This document shows, piece by piece, positions 51,901-63,201 of a stretch of 64,000 bases of DNA. Both the position numbers and the translations under genes were made by a program. The DNA comes from Raillietiella orientalis. Its lineage: Eukaryota. Location: assembly GCA_036172245.1 (NCBI GenBank), contig JAYWIR010000011.1, positions 2,542,001 through 2,606,000 on the forward strand. Reading direction: 5' to 3'. The notes under the pieces were generated by a model. The model did not search any database and was not told the origin of the DNA. It worked only from the letters and a program-made list of their open reading frames with translations. Each line of letters starts with the position of its first letter. Positions within the stretch are counted from its first letter, which is position 1.

Positions 51901-54766
51901 GTCCTTGAGTGGTCACTCCGAGGGTCACATCTTCCTCTTCTTTTCCTCTCCCTCCTCATCTTTTTCTCCTCTTTTCATCCCTTCCTCCTTCTCGTCCCTC
52001 TCCCTTCCTCCCCTCCTCTTTCCTTCCTCCTCCTCCTTCTTGGGTCTAGCCCGGGGAGATCAGTGGAAATTTCAGGACCCTCGGAATCCACGGGGACCAA
52101 ACGCCTGCGAAAGGCTCCGGATGCTGCCCTTCCCTAGCGCATCCCGCATTCAGGAGGGGTTCGTCCGCCGTCGCCCCTTTGCTGAGACGAGGGGGTCGCG
52201 CAGGGGAGGGAAGGGCAGATTCCAGGAGCCGTGCGGCTCCCGAGGGAGCGCTAGCTGACCTCGCCAAACCCCTGTGTTCCCGGGATCCAGGTGAGCGACA
52301 ACCGGCTGTGCAGGATCGAGGCGAAAGTGTTTGCGCGTCAGCGCGGCCTGCGGCGCCTGGACCTGCGCAACAACCAACTGAGCCGCATCCACAGGGACAT
52401 CTTCAGCGAGGGGGAGCCAGACCTGGAGTCCTTCCACGCGTCCGGTGAGGGTCACGGGAATGAGGATCCCGGACGAGCGGCACCCGTGCCCCTTTCCAGG
52501 AAACCCCCTCATCTGCGACTGCTACACCATCTGGTTGCGGCGCTGGCTGGTCGGCCGCCGGCGGCCGCGGTCCCTCAGCGAACCCGACTGCTTCCTGGCG
52601 GCCTTTCCCCAAGGCAGAAGGATCGCCGAGGTCCCGGAGAGCCACATGACCTGCCCCGAGGACCGGCAGTATGACCCGGAGGAGCAGTGCGTCAACGCGA
52701 CCCGCAGTCCGACGTCACCTCCTTGGATGACCGACGAGGAGCCCCCCGGCGAGGTCACTGCCCTTCAGGCCTTGCCCACCGCCGCCCTGGAGAGCGCCCC
52801 GGCCGGTGACGATGACCCCGATGGCGGGGAGCTGACCCAGGAAGAATACGAGGAGCTTCTCCACCTGGTGGCGACTTCCAACCTGACGGCGTATCTGCAG
52901 CAGTCGCTGCCCCCCGCGGGGTTGCCCGCCTCCCTGGTTGCCGCCGGCGGTGGCGGCGACGACGAGCCAGCACGCGGGGAAGGCGGCGCTCCGACCATCT
53001 ACGCGGGGTCGGCGGGTGACCCGGATGGTTCCATCGACAAGGTCGCCGACTCCCACAAGTCCTTCACGTCCGTTCTAAACCTGCCGCCCTTCAAGCTGCC
53101 CCTGTCCTTCCCCAAGGACAAGCTGACGGCGGCCCTGAACGTGGCCGCCCTGGCGGGACTCATCCCCACGCTGCTGGCAGCTAAGTCGGGACTCTCGCGC
53201 TCCAAGAAGAGGAAAGGAGCTATCAGGAACCCCGTCTGGGACGGTCTGTCTCCTCCCGAGGCCTCTCTGCCTCCTCCCCCGTGGGGGCCTTCCCGGTACG
53301 GACAGCTCGGCAGTGCTTCCCTTCAGGTGTTCCATCCGCCCGTGGCCCTTCAGGTCAGCCCCACATTGCCCTTCCTCCTCCCACCCCAGGAGAACCTCAG
53401 CCCACCCCCCGGAGGTGGCCACGTGCGCTTCCCCAGCGAGGGGGAGGAGGAAGGGGAGGAGGCCTTCGTCCCGCAGGGTCCACCACCATCCTTCCTGCGT
53501 GACGCGGACGCCCTCGCCTACTCCCCCGCAGAGCTGGCACAGGCCTCCGTAAGCCCGCCCAAGGGCACCGGGCGCAAGCGCGGAGCTTCGGTTCCCCTGG
53601 CCCTCCGGCGCGACCTGAACACCGAGGCGCCCCGAAGCACCCAGGATCTGCCCCCGGGTGAAGATCCGGGCGCGAACGGGGACTCTGCGCAGTCCGAAAG
53701 CTCCCTTTCCGAGACCCGGAGACCCATTGATTTCACGTGGATGAACATCGTGACCCCCGGCCCGCTGACCTCTGAGTTCCTGCAATCGGCCGCGCACATG
53801 GGCCTCCGAGCACCGCTCTCTGCCTTCGATCCCCCCCCCAGGCTGAAGATGAAGGTCTTCAAGCTGCCTACGGAGGCTCCTCCTTCCATGGAGGGCGGGG
53901 GAGAGCAGCTCCCTGGGCAGTGGTCACCTCTGCCTACCGTCGGGACGGCGGCCAGGTCTGAAGAGGCGGGGTCGGACGCACCCCCAAGGGGAGATCCGGA
54001 CCAGCTCCCGCACGAGCTCGCTGCTGCCACCTCCACTCTCCCGACAGGGAGCGGTGACGGGGAAGAGGAGGAGGAGGACGCCGAGAGGAAGGAGGAACCC
54101 TTCCCCGAGAAAGGTCCTTTTTCCGAGATCAAGGATTCGCCTTCTCCCTCTCGGGACCAGGACAGAGAGGATCTGCAACTGCTCCTGCGCCTGTGGGAGG
54201 AGAACGCCGAGGGTGCCCTTGCCGGGGACTCCGGGTCGGGCGACGACGACGACGACGCGCTGGTTCTGATCGAGAAGCTTCACGGCCTGGTCGGCGGGGA
54301 CGCCATCTTCCAGGAGGACGAGACGGACTCGCCTTCTTCCGCCCCAGGGACCGAGGAGGGAGGCGGCGACGGCGCAGCAGGGTCCCTGCCCTCGGCGGAG
54401 GCCGACGACCACGTGGACGCCGACGAGCCCCCGGCGGTGGACGGGGGGCCGCCGGCCGCGCCTCACGACCGAGGGCGCGTCGCGGATACCGCCGGCGGTG
54501 GCAGCGACGACGACGACGAGCCGCCCGCGAGCGCCTCCTCGACAGAGCCACCGGCCTGGCCCACCGGGAGGCGCGTTCCACCTTCTGGAACCACCGGGCG
54601 GCGGACGACGATCTCAGCCACCACCACGACGGAGAGGACGCACCCCCGATCCAAAACTACGGCCTCTTCGGCGCCCGGGAGCCCCAAGACCTTCAGCTTG
54701 ACCCCGCTGCTGCTCGCCCTGCAGTGTGCGGCTCTCGCGCGCCTGGTGGACGCCGGCAGCGTGTAG
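48914..54766 (+). CDS. Extracellular leucine-rich-repeat protein, chaoptin/artichoke type, probably GPI-anchored
   Basis: Exons 48914-49053, 49166-51632, 52291-52444 and 52500-54766 splice in frame. Signal peptide MATHAVLTFLL, LRRNT (CPP..PCAC..C), roughly 30 LxxLxLxxN repeats, LRRCT GNPLICDC, low-complexity stalk, hydrophobic C-terminus LTPLLLALQCAALARLV. Confidence 0.9.
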
Positions 54767-56297
54767 CCACGTGTCAGAGGCGGGCGCGCGTTAGTCAGTC
54801 CGGCCGTCCCCGTTCCCCCCTTACGAGGTCGCTGCAGCAGGCAGGAGCAAGGGAGGGGCAGAGGTACGCCGGAAGGGACGGAAGGAAAAAAAAAAAAGAC
54901 AAAAAAAAGAAAAGCGCCGGCAGGGAGTCGCCTCCTCCCCATTCCTCCAGCTCGAGCTGCGCTCCCTGCCGCCCTCTCCACCAGGCCACGATGGCGCCCC
55001 ACTTCGCCCTTCGCAGGGCGCGGGAGGATGCCCCAGGATCCCGAAACCGCCGCCGGATCCCTGGGGCGCCCAATGAAGGCACCGTGCGCGCCATTCCGCC
55101 TCGCCACGTTGTCGGCGAGGTCCAGCGGGCGGTGCTTCCTCGGAGGCATTTCGGGAACGCCTCCGCTCCAGGGTGTCTTCGACACGAGGAGAGGAAAAAA
55201 AAAAAAAAAAAGGTCACCCGAAAGTGACCCTGCGAACGGAAATAAAGAAGGAAAGGAAGAGGCAGATGCCCGTGGGCACGAGCTGGAACTTTCGCTCGGG
55301 CGGGAAGCAGCCGCAGCTCCGGCAAATTCCGGCCCCATCTGAGCCGGAGATCCGGATTGGGGGAGGGGGCAGGGAAGGGATCGAGGAACCGCCGCGCAGG
55401 CCCCAAGCCGCTAGAGCGTTTCTCCCCCCGGGGTATTCGCCTACCGGGCCGGAACGCGTGGATCTTGCCCTCAGTCGGAGGGAAGGGGCGAGCCAGTCTC
55501 CACACCCCCTGGCCTTCTTGTGGCTGAGGTCGAAGCAGCCAACAGCAGCGGTGTTTTGCCCTCTGCTCTCGCTTTCTTCGGGGAAGAACGCAGGAGGCAT
55601 CCGCCAGTCCCTCATCGGGCTCGCCCCGCGACCGGGCACGCGCTCTCTCGAGGGTGACGGGGGAGGCGCCGTCGCCGTCCATGGGGGTGGGGGGAGATTG
55701 CAGTTGCTGGCGATGCTGAGAAACAGGGCGTCACTAAGGCGCCTCCCGCTCGCCGCATGCGCCTTCGCCTCCAGCGGGCAAGAAATGTCTTTCCACGGCG
55801 CGGCGCGGTGTCGCTCTCCCGCTCCCTGCAATCCCCGTTAGCGCAAAGCGCCCTCGGATGCGTGTTGGCGTGTCGCAACGCTCGCCCTGCCCACGGGAAA
55901 CAACAGCAACGCGCCTCGTTTGAGAAACGCGGGCGCGGGCGCAGTGCACGTTGCTGCGCGTTCGGCGTGCGCGATTCGTGCTGCTACAGATAGACAGCGC
56001 CAAAACGGGAAGAGTCAGAAACGAGCGATTAAGTTAACGGATGCACGCGCGTAACCGCCGTCGGGCCTGTCGTCCCTGCACCCTTCCACCCCAGGCACTG
56101 TCCTCCCTCAAGGTCCGCTCCCCCTGGAAACCGTACCGTCGACCCTGTCAGACCATTCCCCGGATCGAGCTCGAGGTCTGTACGCGCGACAGGGGTCCCC
56201 CTCGAATGCATGGCGTCTCCCAGGAGACTGGGTGAACCTCCCGGGAGCCACGGAACACCTCCGCGTTCACATGGGGTTTCAGTCTGCAGACGCTCGA

Positions 56298-56515
56298 TTT
56301 TCACCCGGGTGCGCCGGAGTGTTTATTTTTCAATAAACTTATCACTGAAAAAAATTATGGTTAGACTAGCGGTCCAACCACGCCCAATTTAAAAGAGACA
56401 TGCCGGGTCCACATCTCTCCTCGTCCAGTGATGACGGCGCGCATTTCATGGGAGACCCCAATGCAGCACCAACAGCGCCGACAGAACCTTTAATCGTCCT
56501 GTTCCTGGATGGCAA
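56298..56515 (-). mobile_element. Short 3'-end insert of the hairpin-terminated LINE family
   Basis: Minus-strand AATAAA at 56322-56327 and hairpin at 56302-56321; host homology resumes at ~56516. Confidence 0.55.
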
Positions 56516-56800
56516 GTTTTGCTTGCCGGAACGGGCTGTGGTGTGGAACACGTTCGTGCCCCCCCCCCCTTTTCTCCCCTTGCTTTTATTTGCCCCCCAC
56601 ACTGCGGTGTAAAGAGACGGACAAAGGACCTCCTAATGATCGCCCTGTGGGGCACAGGGAGGCCCCGAGTATGGCTGAAGGACCTCTGCGCTCCGCGTCG
56701 CGACGGAGACCTCGGCCTCCTGACGCTGGAGCGGCTGGAGCTGCAGCTCTAGTGGAGGACACTCGCCCTTGTGGCGAAGTTGTGGAGCACCATCTGGTTC

Positions 56801-57255
56801 CCACCCGGGTGCGCCGGGGTGTTTATTTCTAAACTATCCGAGAACAGAGTTCTCGGACAAAAGACAGAAAAACGAAGGGAGGGCTCCTCGACACGCAGAT
56901 CGGTAAATCCGAAAGTCCGGAACGGGAGGGAGGGGACCACAAATACACATATAAAAAAATATAAATAAAGATATGGGGAGGGGAGGGGACAGGGGTCTTT
57001 GGCTTCGGCCGTTCCTTTCTTTCAGAACCGGCGTTGGATGCCGGAGATCTCGTTCCTTGCTTGTTCTGGAAGATGAGGTCACACGGCAGCCGACGTCATG
57101 TTGTCGCCGGCTATTCCGGTGGCCTGTCGTCGAATCGCCTGTGTCTCCAGCTCTTGGTGGGCCTTGTCGATGGCGCGGGTGCGACACACCGTTACGAACA
57201 CCGCACCTAACGATAGGCCGCCTGGTGTGAAGAAGCGGCAAATGGTGTGAGCCTG
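56801..57255 (-). mobile_element. 5'-truncated subfamily B insert
   Basis: Minus-strand AATAAA at 56822-56827 and hairpin at 56802-56821; 56975-57035 resembles 6910-6965 and 3860-3920; host homology resumes at ~57260. Confidence 0.7.
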
Positions 57256-58462
57256 AACAACACCTGGTCCAGAGAGCCAGCTGCTGCGCGGGACTGTGTA
57301 CCTTCCTGGCGCGCCGCAAACGTCGGTACCTGTTGAACTGCGGACTGGAGCTCCGGTCAGTGGTCAAGCTGACCAGGATGAACACCTGAATCTCCTGCCG
57401 GCCCGCGAACGGTACTGCCTGGTTGCAGGAAAGCCTTCGTACATGGGCCCAGAGCAAGGAAGCGAGTCCGTTGTTGCAGCAGCGACTGCTGCACTCCTTT
57501 TACAACAGCCGCTCGCTGCAGGACATCATCGTGCAGCCCGCCTCGCGTGCGTGGACTGAGGGGACCTCCCCAGCCACGTCTCTGCCCTACCTCAGGGAGC
57601 ACCTGGGCAGTAGCCAACCAGGGAAATGGGAGGTCCGATGTAGAAGCCCTACCAGAGAGAGGGAACACAGGCCAGCTAACTGACGATGCGACCCCAAGTG
57701 CCCCACCGAAGGGACTATTGCACTGGAGCGAGCTTCTGAGCATCTCGCTGGAAGTACTCGAGTGGCCCCCAGTGCTGAAGACTATCCGGGCCCTCCCCCC
57801 GAAGAAGCAGGAGTCGGCGTTTCTGATGTTGCACTGGGGACTCCCCAGCAACGCCCACCGATCTCACTGGACGAGGGGAGCTGTGGACCCGAGCTGCGTC
57901 AGGTGCGAGGATCCCTCCCGCACCTGCTTATTGACTGTGTTGCCCTCCGGCCCCTGTGGTTGCGTTTTGCAACGGCCCTAGGTGCACCCATGAACAATCT
58001 CAGAGAAGTGTTCAAGCGCCTCTTTGTGCGCGATGCTCTTTCGCCTGCCTCAGCCCTAGCAGCCCTTTGCTGCCTACGTGGGATTGTGGCGACCTGGAGC
58101 AACGCCACTAGTGGACAGCACGATAGGGACACTATTTGCTTCGCCCTGGGCTTCCTGAGGACGGCAGCCTCATCTGGGGCATACTCAGATGGAACTTGCC
58201 GGCATCCTGGAAAGGATGTAGAAGACGGCCTGCAGCGGAACGTGATCCCTTCCCGAGCCCCCTTCCCTGTCTCTGTAAATAGCGTTCTTTTTTTCTTTTT
58301 CTTTTTGTTTGTCCCCTCCCCTTCCACTGCCGAATCGAACCTCGCCGGCCTGCGTGCCGGTAACTCGGAAAGTTCCGAACTGTCTCGGATGTTGTAGGGC
58401 CGATGGCCCTACACATGTCTCTTTGTTTCAAAACAAACGCCCCGGCGCCCCTGGGTGTCAAA

Positions 58463-58950
58463 ACTTCCGACTGCTGCCGCTTCAGGGGGAGAGTGCGGTT
58501 ATCCGTGAGCACCGGGGGCCACTTCAGGAGTTCCACCGGAACATCCATGAGCTCGCCCCAGCGCAAGAGTCCGTGGGCTGCAGATGCTCGAGGACTGGGA
58601 TCGCTTGCTAAGGATGCTCGCCGCCCCAGCGGGCGGATAGGTGCACGCGATGCTGCTGCTGCCGTTCCTGAAGCGGGTTTCCCCCGCGGGCTTCAGTCTG
58701 TCGGACCGAGGCGGCCTTATGGGGCGAGGGGCTCGACTGGTGCTCCCACTCTCCTCGTGGTTTTTCGTGCGCACCTTGCGAGCTTGCCTCCCACCGCCCC
58801 CTTGTCGACCCCTGCTTCGAAAGGGAACGCTCCACGTTTTCGATTGGCGCCCGATGACGAGCCACGTGGCGGCACCACAGCATCGCTTCCCAGGGAGCGA
58901 CCGGGAGAGCTGCTGCGGGATGGGACCTCAGGTCGAAAATTCGCATGAAT
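58463..58950 (-). mobile_element. Fragment of the same LINE family
   Basis: 'WGELMDVPVELLKWPPVLTDNRTLPLKRQQS' is cut off at the 3' end of the preceding element. Distal boundary uncertain. Confidence 0.65.
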
Positions 58951-60789
58951 TCGTTCCCGGGATTAGTCCGAAGAGTCGCTACTCGTTCTGTGGCGCAGCG
59001 GGATAATTGGATGGTAGCTGGAAAGTTGATGTCTCACAATAAGCTGATTAGCCGGTCCTTTCTTTGATGATACTGATGGAATGTGTATTCAATGCGATGA
59101 GCTGTTATAAATCTCACGTTTTCCTTCAGTTGAGCGGATTTCCTGCGCCGCCAAGTCCACGCGCGGTTTCCGCATGAAAGCGTGCCTGCTGCCATCTACG
59201 GCAATAAAAAGCTTAAAGCGCACGTTCGGACGCGGAGCCGCTTATGGGATCCGACGCGTTCTTGCGGTGTTAACCAGTTAAAGTCCACAATAACGTCAGC
59301 ATTATAAAGCAGCTCACGTTGTTCCGCAGAGGCTGACAGATGAAAATAAAAACGCCCAGAGCTGGTCCGCCGCACTCATTCTAAAGAAGTCATCCTGGAG
59401 AATTTGGCCCCATTTGACGAGTTGGTTTCACCGGCCTTTTGTTTCCGGGAACTGTCGTGACGTCAGTGCGCCTGCTTTCCTAGGGCCTCAGATGGCTTCG
59501 GTGCTTCGCGTCGGAAGCCATCACCAAACGGTTCTCGTCCTCGGAATTACAACAGGCTGCGATACGCACTGACCACCAGACATCGACAGACAGACCTACA
59601 AGACAGTTTCGAGAAAAAACAAAAAACGAACAGCGTCCCGTTTCCTAGAGAGATCTTTGGACAGAGAAGGGGGTGATGGGGAACGGAGGGCCGGTGTTAG
59701 CATTGGCTGCTCACGTCCCGTTGCTGCATTTGAAGCACCTACCGCGCTGACCAGCTCCAGCCTGATAGGTGGCTCTGCCACTGCGCGGAACGGAAGATTT
59801 CTGCCTTCAGTCCACTGTTTGGCTTGGATCCTGTTGATAGGAGCCAAAATCGGTCCCGCCGTTGGTTCCCCACGCCCCAAAAGGGATTTGGGCGGCGGAA
59901 AAGCACTGATCCTCTCTTATTCAAAGATTTTCGCGAACCGGATTTCAAGGGTTGCCGACCTTTTTTTTTTTCTTCATTTCGTTTCATTTTATTTTATTAT
60001 TATTATTGGGGAGGAGAGGGAAGGGTTGGACCAGCAATCGCTCCCTTCGCCCTCACTCTCCTTCCTGTTGCGTGCTTTTCTCTGATCCGCAACTTGCAAT
60101 CGCACAGGCCAAAAGAGAGTAGCAGATGTCCGGCATGAAGGGGCGTATCAAGGCAAAGAGGGCAAAGAGGAACTGCGGCAAAGAGGGAAGTTGGTTACGG
60201 GGATCAATTAGCGCACGGAGTCTCCTTGGAACCGGGGTTCAGCTGACGCCGCCAGGCCGACCAATCGCACGCCGCCATCCCTGCTCGCAGCCGCCGCCGC
60301 CAAGACGTCCTCCTCCTTTCCCTCTTCTCCGCATCCTCGAGCGTAATCTGGCACGGGAGCCGCTGACTCCTCAACATCCGAAGGACCAAGAGCCCCTCTC
60401 GCAGGCCACGAAAGGACCCCGCGATTTGCCGGAGGCGGTCCCGCCGGCCGGTCGCCCCGGCATATCGAGGTCGAAGTTCCCGGCCGTACGGAGAGGGCGC
60501 TCTCATCGCTCCGGGCGCGTTCACCCTCGGACCCCTTCCCCCGTCCACTGGAGGGAAGCGTGTGCTCTTCGGAGTGGTATCCGGGGCCGTTAGAAGGCGG
60601 GAGGGCGCCAAAGGGCGTCCCCTGGGGAGGAAGAGGGGAATGGAAAAAGGAGAGACGCCTGTCGTCTCCTAACGGCTCTGCACCGCTGCCAGCAGCGGCT
60701 CTCGCCCTCAGACGGAGGGAAGGGGCGCCGCGTGGTTCTACCGGGGAACGTTGAGGAGGTCCCGTTTATTCGCCCCCGCCCTTCCTCCC

Positions 60790-63201
60790 TCATCGGGACG
60801 GCACGAAGACCTCGTAGTCCTCCACAGAGAAGCTGTAGTTGCCCATGAGGATGGTGGAGGAGGCTGCATCGCCGTCGTAGGAGTGGGGGAGGTTGGAGTA
60901 GCTGTCCATGCACCGGTTGCAGTTGCTGGCGATGCACAGGTCGGCGCCTCCGCCGAAGATGGGGCCGAAGCTGCCGCAGGAGGGGAGGAGGACACCTTCT
61001 TCCCGCACGGCCCTTCTTTCCTCTCCCCCCAGCGCTTACTCCGGGTGCTGGACCACGGCGAAGGTCTTCTTCTTGATCTCGAAGCGGGTCGGGGGGGTGT
61101 CGTGGTGGTTGATCAGCGTGAAGAGAAATGCCTTCTCCGTGGCGACGTACTTGCCTTTCCTGTCCGAAGACTCTCCCCAGGCGACGTCGCTGAAGCCGCC
61201 GCAGACGGACCCATTCGTGCCCTGAAATGCCCGAGGGGGGGGGGGGAAGGGAGGAGCAGGCAGACGTGGAACCTTCGCCTTCCCGGGAGGCTCACCAGGA
61301 CGATGACGAACGTCGGGGCGAACCCATCGCAGTGTCGGTGGAAGGCCTCGGCCGAGTACCCGTGCAGGGACGCCCGAAAGAGGAGGCGCCATGCCTGCTT
61401 CTGCTCCCCGTACCACTGGTTGAGGATCCTCTGGAGATGCACCTTGTCCTGCGGCCGTCGGGAGGAAGGAAGAGGTGAGGCCGATAGCTGCACGAGGGGG
61501 GCAGCCGCCTACCTGGTTCAGGATCTGGGTGTCCTGGAAAAGCCTCAAACTTATCCTAGGGCGCATGCGCTTGTCCTCGCTCTCGCGGAACTTGTTGGGC
61601 AGGGCGGCGAAGCGGTACCTCTCCAAGGACGTTTCTATGGGGACCGCCCCCGTCGGCTCGACCTCCTCGGCGAACACCTGGCTGTCTTGGGGGAGGACAG
61701 AGCTAGCTGCCGAGGTCCGCCCGCTCAGAGCCCTCCACCCCCCTCCCTTCCGGGAGGTGGGGGAGGGATGGGGCGAAACGTGGTCCCAGTCTCCCCTCCC
61801 TCACCTATCAGGAGCAGGCGGACGTGGTTGATGACACCCGAGAGGTGATGGCACACTCGTGTCCTCTCCTCCTCGGTCCAGAAGGTCGTGGGTTTCGCCA
61901 CGCCGGCCTTGTGCTTGGCCCAGGCCAAGACCCCTCTCCATACTTCCTCTTCCTCGACTTGTAGCTGCGGGAGGGGCCGCTCGTGAGCCCCGGAAGCGAG
62001 AGAGGGGTGGACTAGAGGATGGGGAGCACCCACCCCTTACCCCTCGCCCTTCTCCTCGCGAGAGAAGAAAGGGAGGGTAGTGGGGTATGTACCCGGGGCG
62101 GGACGCGACCCTCTCACCTGGTCCGACGAGAGCAGCCTGATGAGTGCCTCCTTCGACATGTTGAGGAACGACGGCGTCTTCATGCACTCCTCGGCCTTCT
62201 CCCCAATGAAGGTCACGCAGCGCTCGGCGAACACCCTGCTGGTCTTCGATCCTATCGACACAGAGGGAGGTGAGTGACCCTCGGGGAGACGTGAGAAGGG
62301 GAGGAGAGAGCGAAAGATGGGGTCTGGACCCGAGCCATTGGGCGCGCGCGCCCGCGCGGGCACGGCGCGGTGAGGAAGGGGGAAGGGAAGAGCGGCGGTC
62401 GAGGCGTCGTTGGGGCTCGGCAGCCCAAGGGCGCTTCTTTCACCAGAAGGACCAGAGCGCCGTTCTCGTGCAGGTCGCGCGCGAGGGCAGCCCTCACTTA
62501 CCGGTCGGAATCGTCGTCTTCGACGGCCGCGGAGACACGCGTCCCCTCCCGTCCCCAGGTCACGACCTCTTCCGTCCTTAGCCTGGCGGCAGCACCTCCC
62601 CGTCGCGTGGAGAGGGTGGCGCGCCTTGGGGAGATCCCCCTCCCCCGCGAGGGCAACGGACTCGTCCAGGGGTAGCAGATCGCTCCTCCGGCGTCTCGGA
62701 ACCCGCGCTGTGGGTATGGGATTGCGCTCCGGGGGAGAAGAGCAGCGGGGAGGGGTTTTCCCCCGCGTGGGAGGGAAAGCGTCGCCAACACCCCCAGTGC
62801 ATGCGGCAGCGCTCACCTGGGCTCGAGTCGCTGGCGTAGACGGCGGCGTTGAGGAAGGCGCATGCGCTGTCCACGGAAAGCGTGGATGCCACGTGGTCCT
62901 CGCAGGTCTGGCGCAGCTCCTCGCAACCGAAATCCTGGGCGATCTGCATGACCTCGAAGATGGAGTCATCACCAAAGCAAATCTATTCGGGGGAGAGGGG
63001 ACGCCGCTTTCGTCAGCGGGGGTCAACTCATGACCTGGCCGTACCCTTCCTGTGTAAATGTACGCTGTGACCAGCCGGAACACGTCCGGGGTGTAGTGGG
63101 GCAGGCGGATCCTGGTGGGGCTCCCGGCGCTCGTGGAGATGACGACGAACCCCGGAGGGCGGTTCAGCTCCTGGTTGTTCATGCTCTGAAAGCTCTTGCA
63201 C
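60790..63201 (-). CDS. BTB/POZ-BACK-TLDc domain protein (5' exons not resolved, probably beyond the window)
   Basis: Exons 63201-63045, 62982-62817, 62251-62118, 61964-61805, 61685-61513, 61448-61296, 61221-61040 and 60970-60790 splice in frame. BTB tail (PDVFRLVTAYIYTG), BACK (FLNMSKEALIRLLSSDQLQVEEEEVW) and TLDc (LLFRASLHGYSAEAFHRHCD, CGGF, FGPIFGGGADL, VEDYEVF). Confidence 0.9.

Larger units (their letters stand above)
56050..58460 (+). mobile_element. L1/Tx1-like copy (endonuclease end + C-terminal domain) carrying two inverted inserts
   Basis: 56140-56295 is homologous to 1160-1310 (LSDH...RDRGPP). Contains 'RRTKDLLMIALWGTGRPRV' and 'PHLLIDCVALRPLW'; AACAAA + hairpin at 58432-58458. Confidence 0.75.

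Noticed and set aside
56783..57271. TSD for the 56.8-kb insert (GAGCACCATCTGGT vs GAACAACACCTGGT)
   Set aside because: Several mismatches, and the right copy can equally be explained by host consensus.
59458..59465. CRE site TGACGTCA (also at ~34027)
   Set aside because: An 8-mer with no linked transcription start; chance occurrence is plausible.
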